DNA of 64,000 nucleotides from Burkholderiales bacterium (GTDB lineage: Bacteria; Pseudomonadota; Gammaproteobacteria; Burkholderiales; SG8-39), in NCBI GenBank assembly GCA_035607175.1, contig DATNCP010000162.1, forward strand, positions 18,362 through 82,361, given 5' to 3'. Positions 46,938 to 56,091 of the stretch are shown here, in pieces. The notes below the pieces were generated by a model. The model saw only the letters and a program-made list of their open reading frames with translations, was not told where the DNA came from and ran no database searches. Both the position numbers and the translations under genes were made by a program. Each line of letters opens with the position of its first letter. The first letter of the stretch is position 1.

Positions 46938-48398
46938 TCAGTTCATGTCCGGCGCCTGCCCGGGCGCCGGCGTGTAGTTCAGGTCGCCGCGCGCGAGCGC
47001 CGCTTCGCGTCCGCCATGGCGCGCGAGCGTCTCCGCCTGGCGGCGCTTCGCGCGCGCGTCCACTTCTTCGGGATCGCAGAACCGGCGCAGCTCGACCTCG
47101 AGCGCTGCGATGGTGGCGCGATGCGCCGGATCGTCGCCGAGGTCCACCAGTTCCTCGGGATCGGCTTCGAGATCGAACAGTTGGGGGCGATAGCGCGCGC
47201 AATGGACGTATTTCCAGCGGCCTTTGCGCAGCATGGTGATGCCGCCGGTCGAGCCGATCGCGTGGTACTCGCTGATCACGGCGCGCTCCGCATCCCGCGC
47301 AGCCGTGAGCGCGAGCGGCGAAACCCCGTAATAGGCGCCGGCCGGCGCCGGACAGCCGGCGCATTCGAGAAAGAAGGGGAAGAGGTCGACATGGCTGACA
47401 GGGACCGTGCACGTCGTGCCGGCGGCGACGTCCGGGCCGGCGATCATCAGCGGCGTGCCGGCGGACTCCTCGTACATGGTCGACTTCCCCCACAGGCCGC
47501 GCGCGCCGACGTTGTCGCCGTGGTCACTGGTATAGACGACGCGCGTATCGCCGGCGAGGCCTGCATCCTCGAGGGCGCGCAGCACTTTGCCGACGTTGTC
47601 GTCCATGAAGCTGACCAGGCCGAGGTAGCCGGCGAGGGCCCGGCGCACCTTGTCATGGTCGCCGCCGAAGCCGAGGTCGTAGCCGACGCACGCGGCGTAG
47701 TCGCGCAGGTAAGGGTGATCGGGTCGCTCCCGCTCGAGATACTGCTTGGGCAGCGGGATCCGTTCGAGCGGGTAGAGGTCGTAGAACTCGGGCGGCGCGA
47801 TGAGCGGGAAGTGCGGGCAGACGAACGACACGAATAGCGCCCACGGGCGCTCGCGGCGCTGGCGTCCTTCCTCCCGCAGCCAGCTCTGGGCGCGCGCCGC
47901 GATGTCGCGGTCGTATCGCGTGTACGGCGACTCGCCCGGGCCCGCGAGCTTGGCGAGCTTGTCGTATCCGCCGCGCAGCGGAATGTCCGTGCGGACCAGT
48001 CCCTTGAGATCGCCGATGCCGTCGAGCACATGCATCGCCAGGAGCTCCTGCGAGAAGCCGTGGTCGTCGCCGGGCAGGCCGCGGAAGTGCAGCTTGCCGA
48101 TCGAGATCACCCGGTGCCCTCGCGCGCGCAGCAGGTGATGCCAGCTCGGAACGGCCCCTTCGTAGGGATCGGCGTTATCCCAGTAGCCAACCTGGTGCTG
48201 GTACTTCCCGGTTGCGAAGCCGGCGCGCGAGGGTACGCAGATCGGCGAGGTGACATAGGCGCTCGTGAAGCGCGCGCCGCGCGCCGCCAGGCGGTCGAGG
48301 TGCGGCGTGCGCGCGAGCCGGTGGCCAGCGACGCCCAGCGCGCGCGGGTTGTGCTCGTCGGACATGAGCACCAGGAGATTGTTCGGCGCGAGCGGCAT
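46938..48398 (-). CDS. sulfatase (formylglycine-type)
   Basis: LLVLMSDEHN...SPICVPSRAGFATG contains the C-x-P-x-R FGly motif. 486 aa. Confidence 0.8.
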   Translation of the reverse strand: MPLAPNNLLVLMSDEHNPRALGVAGHRLARTPHLDRLAARGARFTSAYVTSPICVPSRAGFATGKYQHQVGYWDNADPYEGAVPSWHHLLRARGHRVISIGKLHFRGLPGDDHGFSQELLAMHVLDGIGDLKGLVRTDIPLRGGYDKLAKLAGPGESPYTRYDRDIAARAQSWLREEGRQRRERPWALFVSFVCPHFPLIAPPEFYDLYPLERIPLPKQYLERERPDHPYLRDYAACVGYDLGFGGDHDKVRRALAGYLGLVSFMDDNVGKVLRALEDAGLAGDTRVVYTSDHGDNVGARGLWGKSTMYEESAGTPLMIAGPDVAAGTTCTVPVSHVDLFPFFLECAGCPAPAGAYYGVSPLALTAARDAERAVISEYHAIGSTGGITMLRKGRWKYVHCARYRPQLFDLEADPEELVDLGDDPAHRATIAALEVELRRFCDPEEVDARAKRRQAETLARHGGREAALARGDLNYTPAPGQAPDMN

Positions 48399-48429
48399 GG
48401 CGGGCCACAGTAGTTGTCATGACACCATC

Positions 48430-48457
48430 CTGTCAAGCCGCGGCGGCTCCCTATAAT
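48430..48457 (+). promoter_or_regulatory. candidate sigma70-type promoter for the MarR gene
   Basis: CTGTCA (4/6 match to TTGACA), a 16-nt spacer, then a perfect TATAAT at 48452-48457. This lies 6 nt upstream of the GTG at 48464. Confidence 0.35.
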
Positions 48458-48463
48458 GGCCGG

Positions 48464-48952
48464 GTGAAGCGCGACGATCCTCGCCTGCTGAATGCCTTGC
48501 TGTCGCACCGCGTGCTGGTGCTGTCCAACACGCTGGCGCTTGCCGCCGCGCGTCACTATCCGCGCCGCTTCGGCGTGCGGCTCGCAGAGTGGCGCGTCAT
48601 CGACGCGCTGCATGCCGGCGGTGAGATCAGCGCCAACGAGATCAGCCGCTGGCTGCGCACCGACAAGGCCTGGGTCGGACGCTCGATCGAGCGCCTGCTC
48701 GCCGGCGGCCACGTGCGGCGCCGGCCGGACCCGGGGCACGGGCGCCGGCTCCTGCTCAGCCTCACCGCGAAGGGCGAGCGCGCGTACGCGGCGATCGCCG
48801 TCGCGGCGCGGCGGCGGCACGAGAACCTGCTCGGCACGCTTTCGAGCGCGGAGCGCGCGACCCTCGAGCGCGTGCTCGCCAAGCTGCAGCAGCGCGCCAG
48901 CGCGATGCTCGGCGCGCCGGATCTGGGATTCGGCAAGCGACGCCGGGCCTAG
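48464..48952 (+). CDS. MarR family transcriptional regulator
   Basis: GTG 48464. The 45 nt after the alternative ATG 48419 have only about 53% GC3, so they look non-coding. LAEWRVIDALHAGGEISANEISRWLRTDKAWVGRSIERLL...GRRLLLSLTAKG. Confidence 0.75.
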   Translation: MKRDDPRLLNALLSHRVLVLSNTLALAAARHYPRRFGVRLAEWRVIDALHAGGEISANEISRWLRTDKAWVGRSIERLLAGGHVRRRPDPGHGRRLLLSLTAKGERAYAAIAVAARRRHENLLGTLSSAERATLERVLAKLQQRASAMLGAPDLGFGKRRRA

Positions 48953-48965
48953 TAGGATCGAGCGA

Positions 48966-49613
48966 GTGCTGAGACTGACCGCAGTGACCCAGCGCTTCGG
49001 CGCGCGCACCGTCCTCAACGCCATCTCGCTCGACGTCGCGGCCGGCGAATACGTGGCCGTGGTCGGCGATTCCGGCATCGGCAAGTCGACGCTGTTGAAC
49101 GTGATTGCCGGTCTCGAGCCGGTCCACGAGGGAACGGTGCAGTTCGAAGGGAAGGATCTGACCGCCATGGACGACGACGCGCTGACGGTGCTCCGCCGCG
49201 AGAAGTTCGGCTTCGTTTTCCAGGCCTTTCATATCCTGCCGAACCTTACCGTCGAGCAGAACGTCAACCTGCCGCTCCTCCTGAGACGGATTCAGGATGG
49301 CGAAAAGGTGCGCAGCTGCATCGCTTCAGTGGGGCTCGCCGGCAGAGAAGCAAGCCTGCCCCGGGAGCTCTCCGGCGGCGAGCTGCAGCGGGTCGCCATC
49401 GCGCGCGCGCTGGTCGGCGAACCGAAGCTGGTACTTGCGGACGAGCCCACCGGGAACCTCGATCCGGAGAACGCGAAGTCGGTCCTGAGCCTGTTTCGCG
49501 AAGAGACGAAAAAGCGCGGCGCGGCGGCGATCCTCGCCACGCACTCCGAGCAGGCGGCGGCGGGCTGCGACCGCGCCTACAGGCTGACCGCCGGAGGATT
49601 GATCCCGCTGTAA
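48966..49613 (+). CDS. ABC transporter ATP-binding protein (LolD/YbbA-like), no cognate permease nearby
   Basis: GTG 48966. GDSGIGKST Walker A, LSGGELQRVAIARAL signature, LVLADEPTGNLD Walker B. Confidence 0.8.
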   Translation: MLRLTAVTQRFGARTVLNAISLDVAAGEYVAVVGDSGIGKSTLLNVIAGLEPVHEGTVQFEGKDLTAMDDDALTVLRREKFGFVFQAFHILPNLTVEQNVNLPLLLRRIQDGEKVRSCIASVGLAGREASLPRELSGGELQRVAIARALVGEPKLVLADEPTGNLDPENAKSVLSLFREETKKRGAAAILATHSEQAAAGCDRAYRLTAGGLIPL

Positions 49614-49680
49614 GGACTGGTATGGGCTTTGCTCTCCCCGGGCATGGCCAGAGTTCTAGCTGCGGACGTTCCCGAGCCTG

Positions 49681-49953
49681 ATGGTGATCGGCCTGCATTT
49701 CGACGAATCGCGCATGTTCGAGCTGCTGAGCCATGTGCGAGCGCTTCCCGCCTACGAAGACGTGCCGGTGGTCTGCGTGCAGGGCCTGGGGTTCCTCATT
49801 CCCGAATCCGTGATGAAGACCGTGGACATGGCGGTGAAGGTGCTCGGCGGCACGGCCTTCGTCGATCTGCGCGACGGCGCGCTCGACTTCCGCCAGCACT
49901 GCGATTTCCTCGACCGCGCCGCGGGCGAGGGTGCGCCGCTGCGGCCGAACTAG
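49681..49953 (+). CDS. small ORF resembling the beta3-beta5 part of a receiver domain without phospho-acceptor residues (pseudo-receiver-like)
   Basis: GC3 is about 88% (79 of 90 codons), so it is probably translated. MVIGLHFDESRMFELLSHVRAL...VPVVCVQG...AFVDL aligns by eye to CheY beta3-alpha3-beta4-alpha4-beta5, with D57, T87 and K109 all replaced. Confidence 0.45.
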   Translation: MVIGLHFDESRMFELLSHVRALPAYEDVPVVCVQGLGFLIPESVMKTVDMAVKVLGGTAFVDLRDGALDFRQHCDFLDRAAGEGAPLRPN

Positions 49954-50597
49954 CCGCCGCTAGCGCTCACGTGCGGGGGGGGGCGCTGCACGTCGACCAT
50001 CTCCTCGCTCATGCGGGCGAGGGCGTTGATCTGCTCGCTGATGCTCTCCAGCGCCTCGCGCGCCTGCGGATCGAGCCCCGGGCTGCGGTTCAGATGCTCG
50101 AGCGCGATGCGGATCGAATCCAGCGCGTCGCCGGCCAGCGCGGGCCATTGCAACGGCCGCTGGTCGGAGACGAGCAGCGTGGTGTAGCCGTCCGAGACGG
50201 CGGCGTGCGAGAGCACGACCGGAATGGCAGTGCCGTCGCGTCGCCGCAGGTCGAGCTCCATGCGGGAATCGCGGGCGCTGATCAGGAGGAACGTGCCGAT
50301 GCGCGCGCGGTCGGCGACGCTCACCAGGCTGTCGAGGGCGATGGTATAGAGCTGCGACAGCGGCATGCCGACCATGTCGGCGAAGCGCTGGTTGGCATAG
50401 AGCACGCGGCTATCGCCGCTCAGCGTGACCGCGCCCTGCTGCATGCGCTCGACCAGCTGCCGGTAGCGCTGGTAGGCGTTGGCGAGCAGCAGCACGCGGC
50501 GGTTGTCGTCGCGGCCGATGACGAAGGCGTCGACCTCGCCGTTGGCGACCGCGGTCAGGAGGTTTTCGCTTTCGCGCAGCAGGTCTTCGGTCTTCAC
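49950..50597 (-). CDS. PAS domain protein with C-terminal H-box-like helical hairpin, no HATPase domain
   Basis: GTG 50597 overlaps the kaiB TGA (GTGA). PAS core is at about aa 50-145. The C-terminal [47 protein letters not shown] resembles a HisKA DHp. The protein stops 47 aa after the His. Confidence 0.7.
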   Translation of the reverse strand: MKTEDLLRESENLLTAVANGEVDAFVIGRDDNRRVLLLANAYQRYRQLVERMQQGAVTLSGDSRVLYANQRFADMVGMPLSQLYTIALDSLVSVADRARIGTFLLISARDSRMELDLRRRDGTAIPVVLSHAAVSDGYTTLLVSDQRPLQWPALAGDALDSIRIALEHLNRSPGLDPQAREALESISEQINALARMSEEMVDVQRPPPHVSASGG

Positions 50598-50898
50598 GTC
50601 GCTCTCCTCAGCTCGAGGCCGACCAGCGCGCGCTCGGTGTCCGACAGGTCGCCGATCACCCGGCGCAGCGGCTCGGGCAGCTTGCGCACCAGCGTCGGGA
50701 TGGCGACGATCTGGTGGTCCTTGGCGAGGCGCGGGTTGGCCATCAGGTCGATGACCTCGATGCGGTACTTGCCGCGCAGGTGCTCGTCGCAGATGCGCTG
50801 CAGGTTGGCGAGCGCTGTAAGCGATTTCGGCGTCTGGCCGGCGGTGTAGAGCCGCAATTCCCAGATCTCTCCAAGTTTCGCGTCGTAATTCTCTGTCG

Positions 50899-50902
<4 letters not shown>
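50594..50902 (-). CDS. kaiB: circadian clock protein KaiB homologue
   Basis: [83 protein letters not shown] is collinear with cyanobacterial KaiB. ATGA overlap with kaiC. Confidence 0.9.
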
Positions 50903-52350
<1,448 letters not shown>

Positions 52351-52392
52351 CTGGCGGAAGGCCTGCGGGAAACTGACGACATCGTAACCGCT

Positions 52393-53283
52393 TCAGATCA
52401 CACGATGTAGAAGAATGGCGCCGGATTTCAGCCGTTGGACATTCGCGCGCGCGACTTCGACGCTTCGCTCCAGGGTTTCTTGCGTGAGCCAGGCCACGTG
52501 CGGTGTACAAATCACACTAGGGAGTGCTAGGAGCGGACTGCCGCTTTCCAGCGGCTCGGTGGCGAAAACATCGAGCCCTGCGGCTGCCAGGTGGCCCGAT
52601 TCGAGACATTCGGACAAGAACTCCTCCTGCACGAGACCGCCGCGCGCCGTATTCACGAGGATGGCGCCGCGCTTCAGGCGCCGCGGGTCGATCAGCCGCT
52701 GAGTGTCGGGCGCAAGCGGCAGGTGCAGCGAAACGATGTCCGACTGCGAGAGCAGGTCAGGCAGCTCTCTGTTCTTTCGGGAACGCGACCAGAAGAGCAC
52801 CCTCGCACCCAGCGCTTCCAGGACCGGATGCAGGATCTTCGGCACCGCGCCGTAGCCGACGAGGCCGACCGTGCGCCCGCCAAGCTCGCCGAAACGGTCT
52901 TGAAGGTGCCACGCATCGAACCAGCCGGTGTTCAGCGACTTCTGCAAATCGGGAAGGCGTCGCAGACAGGCGAGCATCAGCAGCAGCGTCATCTCCGCGA
53001 CGGCGCGGCTATTGGTGCCGGGCAGGTTGCACACCGCGATGCCGCGCTTCTTCGCCGCTTCGAGGTCGATGGTGTTCACGCCGCTGCCGATCTTCTGGAT
53101 CAGCTTCAGCTTCGGCGCGCGGGCGATCACCTCGGCCGTCACCGGCTTGAGGACGTGCCAGAGCACCTCCATCTCGGGCAGCAGCCGCTCAAACGCCTTC
53201 GTGTCGCTCTCCGGGCAGAGGATCACGTCGCCCAGGCGCGAGCGCAGCTCGTCCGTACCGTCGAAGTGAAAGACCACCTTCAT
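52393..53283 (-). CDS. D-isomer-specific 2-hydroxyacid dehydrogenase
   Basis: ATG 53283 in an ATGA overlap. GLVGYGAVP NAD motif, LVNTARGGLV, and DVFATEP...TPHVAW. Confidence 0.85.
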   Translation of the reverse strand: MKVVFHFDGTDELRSRLGDVILCPESDTKAFERLLPEMEVLWHVLKPVTAEVIARAPKLKLIQKIGSGVNTIDLEAAKKRGIAVCNLPGTNSRAVAEMTLLLMLACLRRLPDLQKSLNTGWFDAWHLQDRFGELGGRTVGLVGYGAVPKILHPVLEALGARVLFWSRSRKNRELPDLLSQSDIVSLHLPLAPDTQRLIDPRRLKRGAILVNTARGGLVQEEFLSECLESGHLAAAGLDVFATEPLESGSPLLALPSVICTPHVAWLTQETLERSVEVARANVQRLKSGAILLHRVI

Positions 53284-54524
53284 TTCTGCTTGAAGATCCT
53301 GCGCGCCGGGAAAGGCAGGGCCTTGGCGCCGAGCGCCTCTTCGATGCGCAGCGCCTCGTTCCACTTCGCCATGCGCTCGGAACGGGCGAAGCTGCCGACC
53401 TTGAGCTGCGGCACGCCCCAGCCGACCGCGAGATGCACGATCGACGTGTCCTCGGTCTCGCCCGACCGGGCCGAGACGATCGCGCTGCAGCCGGCGGCTT
53501 TTGCGGCGTCCCAGCAGGCGAGCGTCTCGGTCACCGTGCCGACCTGGTTGGGCTTGAGGAGCACCGTGTTGGCGAGGCCCGGCTGGACGCGGGCGGCGCT
53601 GGTGACGAAGAGATCGTCGCCCACCACCTGGATGCCGGCGAGCTTGGTGAAGGCGCGCCACGCCGGAAGATCGTCCTCGGCGAAGGGGTCCTCGATCGAG
53701 ACGATCGGGTAGCGCTCGATCCAGCGCAGCAGCATGGCGTGCAGCTGCTCGGCGGTCAGGCTTCGTTTTTCCAGGGCGAGGTGGTACTGGCCGGCGCGAT
53801 ACAGCTGCGTCGCCGCGACGTCGAGAGCGATGCCGACGTCGACGCCCGGCTCGAGGCGGGCATCGGCGATCGCGCCGACCAGCTCCGCCAGCGCTTCCTC
53901 GTTGGTCTTGAAGCTCGGCCACCAGCCGCCTTCGTCGGCGACGCCCTGCAGCGCGCCTCGTTTCGCGAGACGCGCGCCCGCGGCCGCGTAGACCTGCGCC
54001 GTCCACTCGAGCGCCTCGGCGAAGCTGCCGGCGCCCATGCAGACGATCATGAAGTCCTGGATGTCGACGCGTCCCTGCGCATGGGCGCCGCCGCCGAAGA
54101 TCTGGATCTGCGGCACGGGGAGCGCCACCCGTCGCTCGCCCGCGAGCTTCTTCCACAGCGGCAGCTTCTCCGCCGCCGCGTCCGCCTGCGCGCAGGCGAG
54201 CGAGACCGCGACCATCGCGTTGCCGCCGAGCCGGCTGCGGTCGGGCGTGCCGTCGAGCTCGACGAGGCGCGCATCGATCGCCGCCTGGTCGCCGGACTTG
54301 AGCGCTCGCAGGCCGTCGCGGATGCGCGTGTTGATGTTCTGCACTGCCTGGGCGGCGTCAATGGCTTTCGCTTCGCCCGAGCCCGTGGAAGCGCCCGCGG
54401 GCGCGATCGCCCGGCCGCGCGCGAGCGGCGTCGTGCCGCGGCCGACCACGACCTCGGCCTCGACCGTGGCGCGGCCGCGGGAGTCCCAGACCTTGCGGCC
54501 CTTTACGTCGAGGATCTTGGCCAG
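53280..54524 (-). CDS. divergent enolase-family paralogue; probable CTG start
   Basis: DSRGRATVEAEV, AGASTG, ADEGGW, ALDVAA, SIEDP, VGDDLFVT, LLKPNQVGTVTET, SARSGETED and SERMAKWNEALRIEE are collinear with enolase. The conserved N-terminus [17 protein letters not shown] lies upstream of the first GTG (54449). Confidence 0.75.
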   Translation of the reverse strand: MAKILDVKGRKVWDSRGRATVEAEVVVGRGTTPLARGRAIAPAGASTGSGEAKAIDAAQAVQNINTRIRDGLRALKSGDQAAIDARLVELDGTPDRSRLGGNAMVAVSLACAQADAAAEKLPLWKKLAGERRVALPVPQIQIFGGGAHAQGRVDIQDFMIVCMGAGSFAEALEWTAQVYAAAGARLAKRGALQGVADEGGWWPSFKTNEEALAELVGAIADARLEPGVDVGIALDVAATQLYRAGQYHLALEKRSLTAEQLHAMLLRWIERYPIVSIEDPFAEDDLPAWRAFTKLAGIQVVGDDLFVTSAARVQPGLANTVLLKPNQVGTVTETLACWDAAKAAGCSAIVSARSGETEDTSIVHLAVGWGVPQLKVGSFARSERMAKWNEALRIEEALGAKALPFPARRIFKQK

Positions 54525-55459
54525 CGCAGCCTCTTCTCTTCGGCAATCAGCATCCGGCGCGCGAGCTGCCGGACCTGCTCGCGCTTCTCTTCGTCCAGAT
54601 ACTCGACCGGCGACTTGCCGTCCACCCGGGCGAGCAGCAGGCCGGGGAGCAGGGTGGCGACGCGCTCCTCGATGCTCGATTCCCAGGTCACGCCGGCCAG
54701 GTAGTGATCTCTCAAGGATTCAAAACACGTCTGCAACGCGGGATTCGGCGTCCAGAACGACTTCAGGATGAGGTGATTCAGGCAGAAGGCGAGGTCGAAG
54801 GCCGGATCGCCGTACCAGGCGCATTCCGCGTCGAGGAACACGGGTCCCCGCGGCGCTACCAGGATGTTCTTCGGGCTGACGTCGCCGTGCACCAATGCCT
54901 TTTTCTGCTTCGCGGTCCTTTCAGCAAGAGAGAGGAGCTTGGAGCGAAGATCGGGATGCTTCCCGGCGGTCGCCACCAGGTACGGCTCGAGGCGGATGGC
55001 GTAGAAGATCTTGTCGGTCGGAAAGCGCTTGGCGACGTCTTCGCGGCCGGCGGTAGCGGCATGGATGCCGGCGAGCGCGGCGCCCACCTTCCCTGCAAAC
55101 GCCGGATCCGCATCGCCGAGGCGCAGGCGCTCTTTCCAGACCGGGTAGTCGAGGTACTGCATGGCGAACAGGCCTTGCTCGTCGTCCCACGACAGCACGG
55201 CGGGAGCGCACCCCGGCACTGCTTCGCCTGCGGCCTGCAGCCAGAGTCGTTCGTACCGGTTGCGTTCCACCGGCGCTTCCCAGAGTTGCGCGACGCGCAG
55301 GCGGGGCAGGGCGCGCTTCACGCAGGCCGGCCCGCGCGGGAGATCGACGCGCCAGATATCCGAGGAGACGCCCCCCGACAGTGCTCGGATCGTCGAGGCC
55401 CGACCGAGGCCGGTGCTCTCGAGGAACCCGGCTACGGTGCGAGCCGCCTGATCTTCCAT
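54503..55459 (-). CDS. aminoglycoside-phosphotransferase-fold kinase (MtnK-like)
   Basis: ATG 55459. [13 protein letters not shown] catalytic loop and [18 protein letters not shown] (DxE...D) resemble APH/methylthioribose kinases. Confidence 0.7.
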   Translation of the reverse strand: MEDQAARTVAGFLESTGLGRASTIRALSGGVSSDIWRVDLPRGPACVKRALPRLRVAQLWEAPVERNRYERLWLQAAGEAVPGCAPAVLSWDDEQGLFAMQYLDYPVWKERLRLGDADPAFAGKVGAALAGIHAATAGREDVAKRFPTDKIFYAIRLEPYLVATAGKHPDLRSKLLSLAERTAKQKKALVHGDVSPKNILVAPRGPVFLDAECAWYGDPAFDLAFCLNHLILKSFWTPNPALQTCFESLRDHYLAGVTWESSIEERVATLLPGLLLARVDGKSPVEYLDEEKREQVRQLARRMLIAEEKRLRWPRSST

Positions 55460-56064
55460 CCGGCGTCGGCGCGCTCGTAGAGCAGTCGGTCGTGCAGCCG
55501 GTCGGCCCGGCCCTGCCAGAACTCGATCGCCCGCGGCAGCAGGCGGTAGCCGCCCCAGTGCGGAGGGCGCGGCGGGTTGTTGCCGTGGCGCTGCCGCGCC
55601 TCTTCCATCGCCTTTTCCAGCACCTGCCGCGAGGCCACGCTCTCGCTCTGGCTGGAGGCCCAGGCGGAGAGGCGCGCGCCCAGCGGGCGCGTGACGAAAT
55701 ACTCGTCCGAGTCGCGCGCGCTGACCTTTTCCACCTCGCCCTCGATGCGCACCTGACGCTCGAGATCGGACCAGAGGAAAAGCAGGCAGGCTGCGGATTT
55801 TGCTTCGATCTCCTGCCCTTTGCGGCTGCGGTAATTGGTATAGAAGACGAAGCCGCCGCCGTCGATTCCCTTGAGGAGCACGATGCGTGCCGTCGGCGCG
55901 CCGCCGGCGCTCGCGGTGGCCAGCGTCATCGCGTTCGGCAGCGGCAGTTTCGCGCGCAGCGCGTCCTCGAACCAGCGCTCGAACTGGCGCAGCGGCTCGG
56001 GGTCCGCTTGCGTCTCGGCGAGGCCCGCGCGCATGTATTCCTGGCGCAACTCGGCGATGTTCAC
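55432..56064 (-). CDS. pdxH: pyridoxamine 5'-phosphate oxidase
   Basis: NAMTLATA...[23 protein letters not shown]...WGGYRL.P..IEFWQGR..RLHDR: full-length PdxH pattern. 210 aa. Confidence 0.9.
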   Translation of the reverse strand: MNIAELRQEYMRAGLAETQADPEPLRQFERWFEDALRAKLPLPNAMTLATASAGGAPTARIVLLKGIDGGGFVFYTNYRSRKGQEIEAKSAACLLFLWSDLERQVRIEGEVEKVSARDSDEYFVTRPLGARLSAWASSQSESVASRQVLEKAMEEARQRHGNNPPRPPHWGGYRLLPRAIEFWQGRADRLHDRLLYERADAGWKIRRLAP

Positions 56065-56091
56065 GCGGCGATTCTACGTCGCAAAAAACAA

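Noticed and set aside
49644-49680. A frameshifted receiver N-terminus (MARVLAADVPEPD) joined to the mini-ORF to make a full receiver domain.
   Set aside because: Even if joined, the product would lack alpha1-beta2-alpha2 (about 35 aa), and the resemblance of 9 residues to beta1 is weak. It is mentioned only as a possible scar.
49975-49983. G9 (C9 on the coding strand) homopolymer in the last codons of the PAS-DHp gene, considered as a phase-variation switch that might restore a kinase domain.
   Set aside because: Both the +1 and -1 slippage products hit a stop within 3-5 codons (..RPPRT* and ..RPPPARER*), so no longer ORF is unlocked. Runs of this length are also not rare by chance at this GC content.
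52393-54156. 587-aa ORF in the track, which looks like a large fusion protein.
   Set aside because: Only its C-terminal 296 aa (from ATG 53283) look like a real protein, the 2-hydroxyacid dehydrogenase. The N-terminal part is an Arg-rich shadow of the enolase-like gene in another frame.
53280-54524. Calling this gene the housekeeping enolase (eno).
   Set aside because: It has a non-canonical start, a His-to-Ala change in the SHRSGETED motif, a shortened N-domain loop, and an operon context with a kinase and a dehydrogenase. These all argue for a paralogue. I cannot confirm this without the rest of the genome.
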